Assembly: GCA_018645085.1 (NCBI GenBank)
Contig: JABGPG010000238.1
Location: forward strand, 11,699-56,455
Length of the DNA: 44,757 nucleotides
From: Deltaproteobacteria bacterium
GTDB taxonomy: Bacteria; SAR324; NAC60-12
Direction of reading: 5' to 3'
Under the pieces are notes generated by a model that did not search any database, was not told the DNA's origin, and saw only the letters and a program-made list of their open reading frames with translations. Below are positions 26,301 through 35,005 of the stretch, in pieces. The position numbers and the translations under genes were made by a program. Position 1 is the stretch's first letter, and each line of letters opens with the position of its first letter.

Positions 26301-26814
26301 CAATACTGTTGTAATATTTCAGTAACTGTCTTTGTTCAGGATCTTCCGGATTTGATTCAATCTTCTCGATTTGTTTTTGAGTCAGTTGGAGTTTTTGCTG
26401 ATTTTTAGGTAGTGTTCTTTTTTTGAACCGGTACTCTTTTTTTAGTTCTTCAATTATTCTTACTTTGAGGATTGGCAGATCTTTAAAGGCATATTCGAAA
26501 GCAGTATGGATGATACTGTCCAGGAGGCGTGTGTTTTGAGCGAGCGTGGTAAAGGAGCTGTCGGTGTTTAGACTCTTTTCTACAATTATTTTATATTGCT
26601 CTTCATAATATTCTGCAGTAACAGCTGCAAAAACTTCTTCACGTGCAGCAAGATATTCCTGAGTCTGGCTGTCCTCAAGATGCAGAGGTTTCCAGGCTTT
26701 AATCAGTTTTTTTAATAAAGCTTTTTTGTGTTTTTCTAGTTTTTGCGGATCCTCTGTAAAGATGAACGGAGAGAGGAAGGGATAATTTTCAATTGGAGAA
26801 AAATTAGTATCCAT
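23356..26814 (-). CDS. glnD: GlnD-like [protein-PII] uridylyltransferase/uridylyl-removing enzyme, unusually long
   Basis: GGYGR..LSFASDRD NTase motif, KEDQGGLR, HD domain (FHDVGK...DHEVSG) and C-terminal ACT-like domains. Confidence 0.75.
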   Translation of the reverse strand: MDTNFSPIENYPFLSPFIFTEDPQKLEKHKKALLKKLIKAWKPLHLEDSQTQEYLAAREEVFAAVTAEYYEEQYKIIVEKSLNTDSSFTTLAQNTRLLDSIIHTAFEYAFKDLPILKVRIIEELKKEYRFKKRTLPKNQQKLQLTQKQIEKIESNPEDPEQRQLLKYYNSIEADLTQETAELNERLKYLKEHMPLAEQAEFKRDFLLNHLVIFARGGYGRAELSFASDRDLGYCLDTQQLSSGEAEICRQFIIHIEHLLRIAGIETAHQYFELDEDLSRFKDPAAIHTIPAILESRVLLGSNNLANALKRRFFQILPYETFVLSQIRDYHDRAVPGLSQMNLKEDQGGLRSLQIPLWLAAATFGVFPNQTADMLALLIQKRIISPRQGFKLCQALEFLYDLRNFSATAVKFHFDDEARERGLSEKDIQINIINDATERLYLLKKKRFQSIDVFDRYRLQMVNYIQYLSQAILQRLLDRTIVRTFSNFQVVVHLGKRQIVEVNALEGLPQVPISLIFNDPTALLELFEYVGQSEYDLSFDLKDEMADLIRIITPDVIDTHRTQIAERFTKLMLTPFAASAWRIMFDICEPINAENEPRTLMGCFIPETNKMRFLLRNLAYHQHPVCTHTLNALDRTQKELDRLKKDYQELYQYLEPKHILALKWGILFHDVGKIDPQTDHEVSGTSIAVKALERIGYDDPELFTLVSLLIVHHTTVVQLSRTSAYFDQALQSFFEIADRNLINVILLFLCNISDYISVSESNAHSTRGLRTFFEETYRVFAEMRSSQKQEDSMDFILSYLENKKNDLESDTRIDLLINRSLRENLDSVLLKPLEQINKKERKLLENSEDELQVLWRDLKLGSLDKHGTDQTTEKFIRKIRQALSNKTLVELTELYSPLINWFFASFPNRFLLSSSPGMIAENLTIFNKLERPAIVNVITNARGRLNALLIYVHDLPQIHSRIAYTLNLKHLNIESAKINQINFASGHVAFCYYLKVSKREEDNVIFPLEVETSIRRNTPPALKIKPQTFLYYTKFQLEYLKDDKKGYMVKETNNVSSADFPVWKGDSRDKTEFPRRDKNYLRIKITAEDAPLVYYKIVSAFDRAGVPIQQAVITTIGHQVIDTFYITADDHEKLLKSDFEESLKQALMSPSEI

Positions 26815-26926
26815 AATTAAAACAGTTTGCTGTAGAGGGGAATGTTTGTTTTTTCAGCAGAATCCGGCAAAAATCCGGCATGAGTACTTGATAAAAGTTG
26901 TGCGGAAAATACTTGCTGATAATATG

Positions 26927-27991
26927 TCAGAAAAGAGTTTCTTGTTTTCTAGGAGGTGCTGAAATCCCCAAATGCTGATATGCTCTTTCGGTCGCCATCC
27001 GTCCGCGCGGAGTACGTTGCAAAAAACCTTTGAGCAGTAGAAAAGGCTCATAGACATCCTCAATCGTATCTTTTTCCTCTGAGACAGAAGCAGCAAGGGT
27101 ACTCAAACCGACTGGGCCTCCGCCAAATTTTTCTACGATTGCTTCGAGAATGAGACGATCCATTTTGTCCAGTCCCTCCAGATCGATTCTCATTTTATCA
27201 AGACTCTTCTCGACCAGCGGCAAAGTGATCACTCCTGAAGTTTCCATGTCCGCAAAATCACGACAGCGCTTCAGTAAACGGTTTGCGATTCTGGGTGTCC
27301 CTCTTGCTCTGCGCGCAAGTTCCAAAGATGCCTCTTCCACAATTTCAATACCCAATAAAGCAGCCGCACGCAGGATGATGGTTTTCAGTTCTTCAGGTTC
27401 ATAAAAATTAAGGCGGAACTGAATCCCAAAACGTTCCCTCAACGGAGAAGTAAGCAATCCGGCCCTTGTTGTTGCACCTACCAGAGTAAAATGTGGTAAA
27501 TCGATTTTTACGGTACGGGCACCCGGACCTTCTCCGATAATAATATCGAGCGTGAAATCCTCCATTGCGCTGTAGAGTACTTCCTCCACAACTCGGTTCA
27601 GCCGGTGAATTTCATCAATGAACAAAATTGTTCCAGGCTCAAGATTGGTGAGAATTGCTGCTAAATCACCTTGCCGTTCAATAACAGGTCCGGAAGTCGC
27701 ACGCAACTGCACTTCCATTTCACGTGAGAAAATATTTGCGAGTGTAGTTTTTCCTAATCCCGGAGGTCCGCTCAAAAGTACATGATCCAGCGCATGACCA
27801 CGTTTTTTGGCGGCGCCGATAAAAACAAGCAGATTGTCCTTAATTTCCTGTTGACCTATATAGTCACGTAAACGTTCCGGACGTAAAGATTGATCAAATT
27901 GCTCGCCAAGTTGTTGTTCAGGAGCAACCATTCGTGCTTCAGTATTTTCCGGAAGATCAGAGGACTCAGAGTCCACAGTTAGTTCCTGCAT
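26927..27991 (-). CDS. ruvB: Holliday junction helicase RuvB
   Basis: [41 protein letters not shown]. Confidence 0.97.
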   Translation of the reverse strand: MQELTVDSESSDLPENTEARMVAPEQQLGEQFDQSLRPERLRDYIGQQEIKDNLLVFIGAAKKRGHALDHVLLSGPPGLGKTTLANIFSREMEVQLRATSGPVIERQGDLAAILTNLEPGTILFIDEIHRLNRVVEEVLYSAMEDFTLDIIIGEGPGARTVKIDLPHFTLVGATTRAGLLTSPLRERFGIQFRLNFYEPEELKTIILRAAALLGIEIVEEASLELARRARGTPRIANRLLKRCRDFADMETSGVITLPLVEKSLDKMRIDLEGLDKMDRLILEAIVEKFGGGPVGLSTLAASVSEEKDTIEDVYEPFLLLKGFLQRTPRGRMATERAYQHLGISAPPRKQETLF

Positions 27992-27997
27992 TGGTGT

Positions 27998-29494
27998 TCA
28001 AGAAGAGGAAGAGAGATTTTCCGGATTCTCCTTTGAGGCGACTTCCGGACTGATACGCCAAGTGTAAAGCGGTGAAAAAACATATAAGATCAGGTAAGCA
28101 AGTGCGGCATGCCCGAAATATGGTGTGAAAGCGAAACCGACGATCAGCAGGATAGTGAAAATTAAAAATTTTCTACTACGGCTCATTAAGCGGCCGATGT
28201 GCATATAACGAATCGGAAAACTTATCATTAAGATTGCTGCGATTATCATTAAGACAAAACAAAATTGTGCCCAAAAAACCAAATCTGCAGAATTTGTTTC
28301 AAGCGCATTTCCAAGCATTATGAAAGGAGCAGCTGCTAACAGGGCAGCTCCTGGAACAGGGATACCTTTGAAAAATCCCGGAATACTGTTTTGATCCAGA
28401 ATAAATAAAACTAAACGTGTCACACCTAAGACAACATACATAATTGCAATCCATCCGTAAGGCAGAGCCTGAATGGATTCATCAGCAACTTTTGACATCA
28501 GGATGTAAAATATAACTGCCGGCGCAATGCAGAAACTGACTGTGTCGGAAACGTCATCTAGCACACCACCAAGGGTAATGTTATATTTTCTGGGTTTTGC
28601 AGATGGAAGAGGTGTTGTGAGTCCAAGTTTCCTGGCGACAGCACCATCAAGTTTATCAAAAAAACCTGCTCCCAGCAGAATCAAGTATGCTTCCTGAACT
28701 CGTCCCCGATAAGCAAAGAGTATGGCTAAAACACCCATCAGCGCATTCATCACTGTCAGTGCATTCGGGAAAACTGCTAAAATTCTGCGACGTAAAACCT
28801 CATCATTCAAACAAAGATCATCTAGGCATGCAGTACCGTATTTTCGACAATAACCTGCAATTGAGCCAAAATTAATGATCAACAGCAGGATTTCCAGAAA
28901 GAATAGCTGTTGAATCGGAATTGCTCCCAACCAGCTGATCCAGGAATAAAGTGATGAATCCGGACCTCCGGGCACATAAAAGGCGTGAATATAAAGTACA
29001 ACTCCAATTGGAGCAGCGACCATCGTACGGAGCCTGGTGACTTCCTTCATTTCTTCTTCCTCGCCTTTCCGGAGCGAAAAATTTCTCATGAAGTGCGCGA
29101 AATTGTCACGCATTAAAACTGTTACGCACAAGACAAATACAAAAACGACGTGCAGCATTTCCAGCCGGAAATTAGCATTTTCTGCTAAAGTCTGGTAGCG
29201 CCACATCATGCCCACTGCAACCATCGGAAAAATCATTGCATAAACGACTTTGTCCATGATCCGGTCCGCTAAATGAGCGAGTTTTGCCTGTGGTCGAAAA
29301 CGTGCCGCAAACCAGCCGTCAATTAAATCAAGGATCATTGCGGCAAGTAGAAAAATTACTCCGCTGTAGTAAACAAATGGATTGCGGTCCAGCATCACGC
29401 TGATGGCGCAGACCATGCCGGCAAACACCATTGGCGGTCGTCCATAAACGAGTAAAGCCGCAACATTAGTTGAAAGAAATTTAGGGTTAGACAT
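27998..29494 (-). CDS. Tandem CDP-alcohol phosphatidyltransferase (PgsA-like plus PssA-like domains)
   Basis: Two signatures: DLIDGWFAAR...ADRIMD and DKLDGAVAR...GGVLDDVSD. PNALT and FKGIPVP are PssA-like. Confidence 0.8.
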   Translation of the reverse strand: MSNPKFLSTNVAALLVYGRPPMVFAGMVCAISVMLDRNPFVYYSGVIFLLAAMILDLIDGWFAARFRPQAKLAHLADRIMDKVVYAMIFPMVAVGMMWRYQTLAENANFRLEMLHVVFVFVLCVTVLMRDNFAHFMRNFSLRKGEEEEMKEVTRLRTMVAAPIGVVLYIHAFYVPGGPDSSLYSWISWLGAIPIQQLFFLEILLLIINFGSIAGYCRKYGTACLDDLCLNDEVLRRRILAVFPNALTVMNALMGVLAILFAYRGRVQEAYLILLGAGFFDKLDGAVARKLGLTTPLPSAKPRKYNITLGGVLDDVSDTVSFCIAPAVIFYILMSKVADESIQALPYGWIAIMYVVLGVTRLVLFILDQNSIPGFFKGIPVPGAALLAAAPFIMLGNALETNSADLVFWAQFCFVLMIIAAILMISFPIRYMHIGRLMSRSRKFLIFTILLIVGFAFTPYFGHAALAYLILYVFSPLYTWRISPEVASKENPENLSSSS

Positions 29495-29567
29495 GTTTGT
29501 TTATTAGGTTAAAAAACTTTTTCTACAATAACTGGCTTTTCCTGCAGCAACGCTAGCAGTAGTTATT

Positions 29568-30623
29568 TTAATACTCCTTTAAGCGATGTGCAACATTGAA
29601 GACATAAAGTAGCAACGCAGCTCTGATATAAACCCCGTTACGCAGTTGTCTCCAGTACATGGCACGTGGATCAGCATCGACTTCCGGAGAAATTTCATGC
29701 CTTCTTGGCAAAGGGTGTAAAATGATGGAATCTGTTTTCATTCGACTGACATTATCAGTAGTCAGACTATATTGTGAATAGTCAATCAGGTCGGACTCTC
29801 CAGAAAGATCATACTCGTCCTGAATCCTTGTCATATAAATACAGTCGACACTTGAGATAACACTTTCCAAGTTATCTGTTTTATGAATTTTCACACCTTG
29901 TGAGAGTAAATATTCTTCCAGATCGGCTGCAATCTGAAAAGAAGGCGGTGCAATAAACTCCATTTCGACATCTTTATACTGACTCAATAACATGACTGAA
30001 GAACGTACAGCCCTGCCACGCAGCAAATCACCCACAAAAGCATATCTTTTTTTACGTATACCACCAGTTTTCTGAAAGGAGCGGTGCATGGTGTAAAGGT
30101 CAAGCAGAGCCTGAGTAGGATGCTGATCTTTACCGCTACCGCCATTCATGATGGGCACGCTACGTCCACTATTGTCCAGCAAATAGGCCATATACTCGCA
30201 AAATCCAGGCTTTGGATCACGCATGATAATCATGTCAAAATAACTGCTGAAAACCCTTACACCGTCTTCCTGACTTTCACCTTTGTATTCTGATGATAAA
30301 GATGGATCCCGAACTTCTCCGGTGTCCATACCGACCATTTGGCAAGCAGTTAAAAATGAGAGGAAGGTTCTTGTAGAAGGCTGGGTGAAATAGAGCATTG
30401 CCTTTTTGTGACACAACAAGGATTTCAAAAATTCAATCCCGTTTGGTTTACGAGTCATTTCCTTGATGTGATCCGCAATATCAAATAATTCTTCCATCAG
30501 GTTAATGGAAAATTGGTGTGAGAGCATCACATGCTGGAGGCGTCCTTCTTTTTCATAATGACGCATGCGTACTTCCACTGCTTGTGAAAAGTACTCTTCG
30601 TAGGTTTTTAAAGATTCTTCCAT
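29568..30623 (-). CDS. pyrB: Aspartate carbamoyltransferase catalytic subunit
   Basis: PSTRT, KGES, HPTQALLD, GDL..GR, TRIQDE, HPLPR. Confidence 0.88.
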   Translation of the reverse strand: MEESLKTYEEYFSQAVEVRMRHYEKEGRLQHVMLSHQFSINLMEELFDIADHIKEMTRKPNGIEFLKSLLCHKKAMLYFTQPSTRTFLSFLTACQMVGMDTGEVRDPSLSSEYKGESQEDGVRVFSSYFDMIIMRDPKPGFCEYMAYLLDNSGRSVPIMNGGSGKDQHPTQALLDLYTMHRSFQKTGGIRKKRYAFVGDLLRGRAVRSSVMLLSQYKDVEMEFIAPPSFQIAADLEEYLLSQGVKIHKTDNLESVISSVDCIYMTRIQDEYDLSGESDLIDYSQYSLTTDNVSRMKTDSIILHPLPRRHEISPEVDADPRAMYWRQLRNGVYIRAALLLYVFNVAHRLKEY

Positions 30624-30804
30624 TTGTGAAGCAAGGCGAAATATATTAAAAATAAACTATACTAGCCTAAAATTCTATTCTGTAACAGTCCAGTGTGAAA
30701 TTGTGTTCAACACGAAATGCACTAATAAAAGTTCTAACTTGAAGAGTACTTTTAATGGACTATCAAATAGCTGTGGGAGGTAAAAAGACAGGACTGATTA
30801 GCAG

Positions 30805-30836
30805 CAAGAGCTTGTCCCCTCAGGGACACGCTCTTG
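30805..30836 (-). terminator. Hairpin downstream of rplL
   Basis: On the minus strand, CAAGAGC-GTGTCCC-TGA-GGGGACA-AGCTCTTG stem about 10 nt after the rplL stop. Confidence 0.55.
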
Positions 30837-30846
30837 ACAAAAGTAT

Positions 30847-31227
30847 TTACTTGATTTCCGCGCTTGCGCCGGCTTCTTCAAGTTTCTTTTTGACTTCTTC
30901 TGCTTCTTCTTTGGAGACACCTTCTCTAATAGCTTTGGGAGCAGCTTCAACTGCTTCTTTAGCTTCTTTGAGGCCCAGTCCAGTGATACCCCGAACTTCT
31001 TTAATGACGTTAATTTTCTTCTCACCAAAGCTGGTAAGAATAACGTCAAATTCGGTTTTTTCTTCGGCAGGTGCTTCAGCGGCTGCACCGGCAGCGGCAG
31101 GAGCTGCTACTGCAGCAGCTGCACTAACACCGAATTTTTCTTCCATTTCTTTTACCAGTTCAGACATTTCCAAAACGGACATGTTAGCGATAAAATCAAT
31201 TACTTGGTCTTTTGTGATACTTGCCAT
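30847..31227 (-). CDS. rplL: 50S ribosomal protein L7/L12
   Basis: MASITKDQV..., [27 protein letters not shown]. True start is ATG at 31227. Confidence 0.97.
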   Translation of the reverse strand: MASITKDQVIDFIANMSVLEMSELVKEMEEKFGVSAAAAVAAPAAAGAAAEAPAEEKTEFDVILTSFGEKKINVIKEVRGITGLGLKEAKEAVEAAPKAIREGVSKEEAEEVKKKLEEAGASAEIK

Positions 31228-31297
31228 TTTATTTCTCAGACAAAGGTTAAGTTCATCTTCCACACTAGCATGGGAAGAATGTTAATAAACCGGATTG

Positions 31298-31822
31298 TTA
31301 TTTGCTATCCCGGACTGCAGCCAGAGTGCGAACAAATTTCGCGGGAACTGCGTTTAGAGTACGAACAAATTGAGTTGCAGGTGCTTGCATCAAGAACAAC
31401 AACTTCATGAGGAGCTCTTCTCTAGAAGGTAATTTGGAAAGTGCTTCCACTTCACCTGAATTGAGGATGCTCGTTTTGCTGTCACCAACAAGGATTCCAG
31501 CAAGGATTTTCAAGTTTTTTAAACTTTTAGCGGCCTCAGACAATACTTTAGCCTGTTGCACAGCATCACCGTCACTGTAGATAAGTGCACGAGTCTGTGT
31601 GAACTGATCTGCAAGTTCTGCAAACGGAGTGTCTTCCGCAGCAATACGTGCCAGCGAGTTTTTGATTACTTTCATGGTGGATGAGGCATCATTCAACTTC
31701 TTTCGAAGTTCTACAACCTGATTTGCTTCAATACCACGATAATCAACCAGTACTCCTGCGGACATGCTATTAAAGATTGACCGTAGTTCACTGACTTGAA
31801 CTTCTTTTTGGCTTCGTTCCAT
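31298..31822 (-). CDS. rplJ: 50S ribosomal protein L10
   Basis: DYRG, VIKNSLA, LSKLPSREEL. Sits between rplA and rplL. Confidence 0.95.
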   Translation of the reverse strand: MERSQKEVQVSELRSIFNSMSAGVLVDYRGIEANQVVELRKKLNDASSTMKVIKNSLARIAAEDTPFAELADQFTQTRALIYSDGDAVQQAKVLSEAAKSLKNLKILAGILVGDSKTSILNSGEVEALSKLPSREELLMKLLFLMQAPATQFVRTLNAVPAKFVRTLAAVRDSK

Positions 31823-32010
31823 GGAACCTTTCCGATATGATTATGTTAAATAATTCACTCCTGCGGTTTATCAAAGAAGTGCTTTAAGACACACACTTCC
31901 ATAGAAAAAGCCCGAAAGCAGTTTCTGTTATAACCGAAGATTGAGATAAAAATTGAATAAGACAGAGGAAGGAACACAGTAAAATGTGCTGTGTCACTTA
32001 CGGAAGCTGT

Positions 32011-32058
32011 GTCTCGGCAGGGCATAAATTAAGCCGCTAGGCCCCTACTGTCTTAGAC
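32011..32058 (-). ncRNA. L10 leader autoregulatory RNA (core)
   Basis: GUCUAAGACAGUAGGGG...CUUAAU...CCCUGCCGAGAC in the rplA-rplJ spacer matches the L10(L12)4-binding leader pattern. Confidence 0.7.
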
Positions 32059-32083
32059 AAGAAAAATAAAAATTTTTCAGATG

Positions 32084-32773
32084 TTAAACTGTTTGTGGAT
32101 CTACTTTAAGCCCAGGACCCATTGTAGAACTCACACTAAAATTACGCAGATAAATACCTTTTGAAGCTGATGGTTTCATCCTTTTGACAGTGTCAACCAA
32201 GGCAGTTACATTTTCACAAAGCTTGTCTGCATCAAATGAAACTTTGCCAATAGCAGCATGGAGGTTACCTTGCTTATCGGCACGGAATTCTACCTGCCCT
32301 GCTTTAATATTTTTGATAGCGGTTTCAACTTCGAAAGTTACTGTACCGACTTTTGGATTTGGCATAAGTCCTCTTGGACCCAGTATTTTACCTATCCGTC
32401 CTACAACTGCCATCATATCCGGAGTTGCTACAACACGGTCAAACTCGAGCCAGCCTTCCTGAATCTTTTTGGCGTAATCTTCACCGCCCACATAATCGGC
32501 CCCGGCTTGCTCTGCCGCAATGGCTTTGTCTGCTTTTGCAAAAACCAGCACACGAATTTCCTTACCCAGGCCGTTTGGCATAGAACATGTTCCACGCACC
32601 ATTTGTTCAGCTTTACGTGTGTCAACTCCAAGTCTCAAAGCAACATCAACTGTCTCATCAAATTTGGTAGCTTTGACTTCTTTAAGCAAATTAATTGCTT
32701 CAGTCAAAGGATACAGTTTTTCTGCGTCCACTTTATCTTGGAAAACTTTTGTTCTTTTACTCAGTTTTTTCAT
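32084..32773 (-). CDS. rplA: 50S ribosomal protein L1
   Basis: [27 protein letters not shown]. Confidence 0.98.
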   Translation of the reverse strand: MKKLSKRTKVFQDKVDAEKLYPLTEAINLLKEVKATKFDETVDVALRLGVDTRKAEQMVRGTCSMPNGLGKEIRVLVFAKADKAIAAEQAGADYVGGEDYAKKIQEGWLEFDRVVATPDMMAVVGRIGKILGPRGLMPNPKVGTVTFEVETAIKNIKAGQVEFRADKQGNLHAAIGKVSFDADKLCENVTALVDTVKRMKPSASKGIYLRNFSVSSTMGPGLKVDPQTV

Positions 32774-33195
32774 AATCCCTCAGTCAGTACGCCCATACTC
32801 CGGGCAGTTCCTGCCACGGATTTCATGGCAGATTCCAGGTTATAACAATTCAAATCAGGCATCTTCTGCTTGGCAATTTCCTCAAGTTGATTTTTATTCA
32901 AAGTACCAACTTTATCCTTATTTGGGGTCGAGGAACCTTTATTCAGTTTCAGAGCTTTTTTGATCAGCACAGGTACCGGAGGTGTTTTGGTAATAAAGGT
33001 GAACGAGCGATCCTTGTAAACAGTGATCACCACCGGAATGATTGTATCTTGTCCCTGAGTTTGTGCGTTAAAAGCTTTGCAGAACTCCATGATGTTCACA
33101 CCGTGCTGACCTAATGCTGGGCCAATCGGCGGAGATGGATTTGCTTTGCCTGCCGGAACTTGCAGTTTGATGAATGAGGTGATTTCCTTTGCCAT
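32770..33195 (-). CDS. rplK: 50S ribosomal protein L11
   Basis: [30 protein letters not shown]. Confidence 0.98.
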   Translation of the reverse strand: MAKEITSFIKLQVPAGKANPSPPIGPALGQHGVNIMEFCKAFNAQTQGQDTIIPVVITVYKDRSFTFITKTPPVPVLIKKALKLNKGSSTPNKDKVGTLNKNQLEEIAKQKMPDLNCYNLESAMKSVAGTARSMGVLTEGL

Positions 33196-33207
33196 GGTTT
33201 TTTTGTC

Positions 33208-34038
33208 TTATTCTACTACGTGTTTTACTTTTTCGAACTCTACCTCCACAGGTGTGGGACGGCCAAAAATACTTACTAGTACTTTTAATTTTCTGCGTTC
33301 GAGATTTATTTCATCGATTGTACCACTGAAATTTCCAAAAGAACCTTCGGTGATAGTTACCTTTTGTCCAAGTGAAAACTCTTCTTCTGTTGCTTTCTGC
33401 TGGAATCTTTCGTTGACTTGTGAACGGATTGTTTCAAGTTCACGCTCATCCAGAGGCAACGGATTTTTTTGCGTACCGCCAATAAACCCTGAAACCCTGT
33501 TGACATCCATCAAAAGGTGCCACAATGCCGGGGTGAGCTCCATGTTGATTAGTACATATCCAGGAAAATATTTCTGGTTTACTTTACGTTTTTTCCCTTC
33601 CTTCGTGCGGATCACATCTTCTGAAGGAATGAAAATTTCGTCTACCAGATGTTCAAGTCCTTCAATCCTTAACTTTTCCTGAATCGTCTGTTCTACACGT
33701 CCTTCATAACCGGAATATGCCTGCAGAATATACCATTTTGCATTTGGGTTTTTCGGCTTTTCAGGAATTTGTGCTTCAATATCTTCTGCTTCTTCAGCCG
33801 TTTCAGCTGTATTATCTGCAGTTGGCTCAGTTTCGATTGCAGGAGCATCAGGCTGTGCTTCTGTCCCATCAGCACTTACTTCCGGAACATCAGTCTGTGT
33901 TTCTGTATCATCAGTGCTTACTTCCGGAGCATCGTTTTGTTGCTCTCCCAAAGTACTGTCCTGAGTTTCTGCAGTTTCGTTTTGTTCTTCCAATACCATT
34001 TCGGTTCCAGTTTGATCTTCCACTATTTTATCCGGCAA
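33208..34038 (-). CDS. nusG: Transcription factor NusG with acidic N-terminal extension
   Basis: WYILQAYSGYE, FPGYVL, VSIFGRPTPVEVEF, preceded by about 95 aa rich in Asp/Glu/Thr. Confidence 0.95.
   Translation of the reverse strand: MPDKIVEDQTGTEMVLEEQNETAETQDSTLGEQQNDAPEVSTDDTETQTDVPEVSADGTEAQPDAPAIETEPTADNTAETAEEAEDIEAQIPEKPKNPNAKWYILQAYSGYEGRVEQTIQEKLRIEGLEHLVDEIFIPSEDVIRTKEGKKRKVNQKYFPGYVLINMELTPALWHLLMDVNRVSGFIGGTQKNPLPLDERELETIRSQVNERFQQKATEEEFSLGQKVTITEGSFGNFSGTIDEINLERRKLKVLVSIFGRPTPVEVEFEKVKHVVE
33846..33929. repeat. Imperfect 42-bp tandem repeat (2 copies) in the nusG extension
   Basis: catcaggctgtgcttctgtcccatcagcacttacttccggaa / catcagtctgtgtttctgtatcatcagtgcttacttccggag, encoding PEVSTDDTETQTD / PEVSADGTEAQPD. 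Confidence 0.85.
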
Positions 34039-34216
34039 TGACCATTTGCATGATGTCAGAAAGTCCTAAATCGGCGATACCCAAGTAGAGCGCTACAGCT
34101 AAAGATACACCTACAACTACTGAGGTTGATTTTATTGTTGCCTCACGTGTCGGCCACTGCACGCGTTTAAATTCCGCAATGACATCTTTAAAAAACTGTT
34201 GAATTCGTTTAAACAT
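34028..34216 (-). CDS. secE: Preprotein translocase subunit SecE
   Basis: EFKRVQWPTR plus a single TM helix, upstream of nusG. Confidence 0.95.
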   Translation of the reverse strand: MFKRIQQFFKDVIAEFKRVQWPTREATIKSTSVVVGVSLAVALYLGIADLGLSDIMQMVIAG

Positions 34217-34316
34217 AAGCAGATTTATGTATGAAGATAAAACATCCTGATAAAATATTTTTACTATTGTTATAAAGCATTACTGTTCAGTCACAAAACT
34301 CAGCGCCAATTATTTC

Positions 34317-34392
34317 TGGCAGGGCAGACAGGGGTCGAACCTGCGACCTTCGGTTTTGGAGACCGATGCTCTACCAACTGAGCTACTGCCCT
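34317..34392 (-). tRNA. tRNA-Trp (CCA)
   Basis: AGGGCAG...CTCCAAA...GTTCGA...CTGCCCT-GCCA cloverleaf, 76 nt. Confidence 0.97.
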
Positions 34393-34420
34393 ATCAGGAC
34401 GCAAAATATAAGGAAACGGG

Positions 34421-34570
34421 CTACTTCGTTTCTTTATGCAAAGTGTGTTTTCGATCCCACCTACAGTATTTACGTACTTCCATACGCTCTGTTTTTAATT
34501 TCTTGTTGCGGGAAGCTGTATAATTTCGGCGCTTGCACTCAGTGCATTCTAGGTGAATCGTGTCTCTCAT
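34421..34570 (-). CDS. rpmG: 50S ribosomal protein L33 (not in the ORF track)
   Basis: Manual translation [49 protein letters not shown], 49 aa. Confidence 0.95.
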   Translation of the reverse strand: MRDTIHLECTECKRRNYTASRNKKLKTERMEVRKYCRWDRKHTLHKETK

Positions 34571-34602
34571 GATTTCTATATTTAAAAAATAAATAATTTA
34601 TT

Positions 34603-34677
34603 TGGAGCCTGAGAGCAGGATTGAACTGCCGACCTCTTCCTTACCAAGGAAACGCTCTACCACTGAGCTACCCAGGC
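34603..34677 (-). tRNA. tRNA-Thr (GGT)
   Basis: GCCTGGG...TTGGTAA...GTTCAA...CTCAGGC-TCCA, 75 nt. Confidence 0.95.
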
Positions 34678-34711
34678 TTAAAACTCACACCGTAAAAAGC
34701 TCTTCAAGCTG

Positions 34712-34796
34712 TGGTGGGGAGAGAAGGATTCGAACCTTCGAAGGCGAAGCCGTCAGATTTACAGTCTGATCCCGTTGACCGCTTGGGTATCTCCCC
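34712..34796 (-). tRNA. tRNA-Tyr (GTA)
   Basis: GGGGAGA...CTGTAAA, long variable arm, ...TCTCCCC-ACCA, 85 nt. Confidence 0.97.
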
Positions 34797-34800
34797 ATGC

Positions 34801-34876
34801 TGGAGCTGGCAATAGGACTTGAACCTACAACCTGCTGATTACAAATCAGCTGCTCTACCAGTTGAGCTATGCCAGC
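34801..34876 (-). tRNA. tRNA-Thr (TGT)
   Basis: GCTGGCA...TTTGTAA...TGCCAGC-TCCA, 76 nt. Confidence 0.97.
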
Positions 34877-34892
34877 ATGAGTTAAACGAATA

Positions 34893-34921
34893 ATTATGAA
34901 ATGTTATGGAGGTTTTGTCAA
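34893..34921 (-). promoter_or_regulatory. Sigma70 promoter of the tRNA/secE-nusG operon
   Basis: Minus strand TTGACA-N17-CATAAT, 16 nt upstream of tRNA-Thr(TGT). Confidence 0.8.
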
Positions 34922-35005
34922 TCTAAAACATCAAGAGATGAGTATTTTTCTCTTTCCGTAATGCTATTAAAGTAAAAATGGCTCCCGATTCTTTAAGTTA
35001 ATAAA

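Noticed and set aside
30755-34572. Plus-strand ORFs over rplL, rplA, rplK, nusG and rpmG
   Set aside because: They are antisense shadows of conserved minus-strand genes and tRNA.
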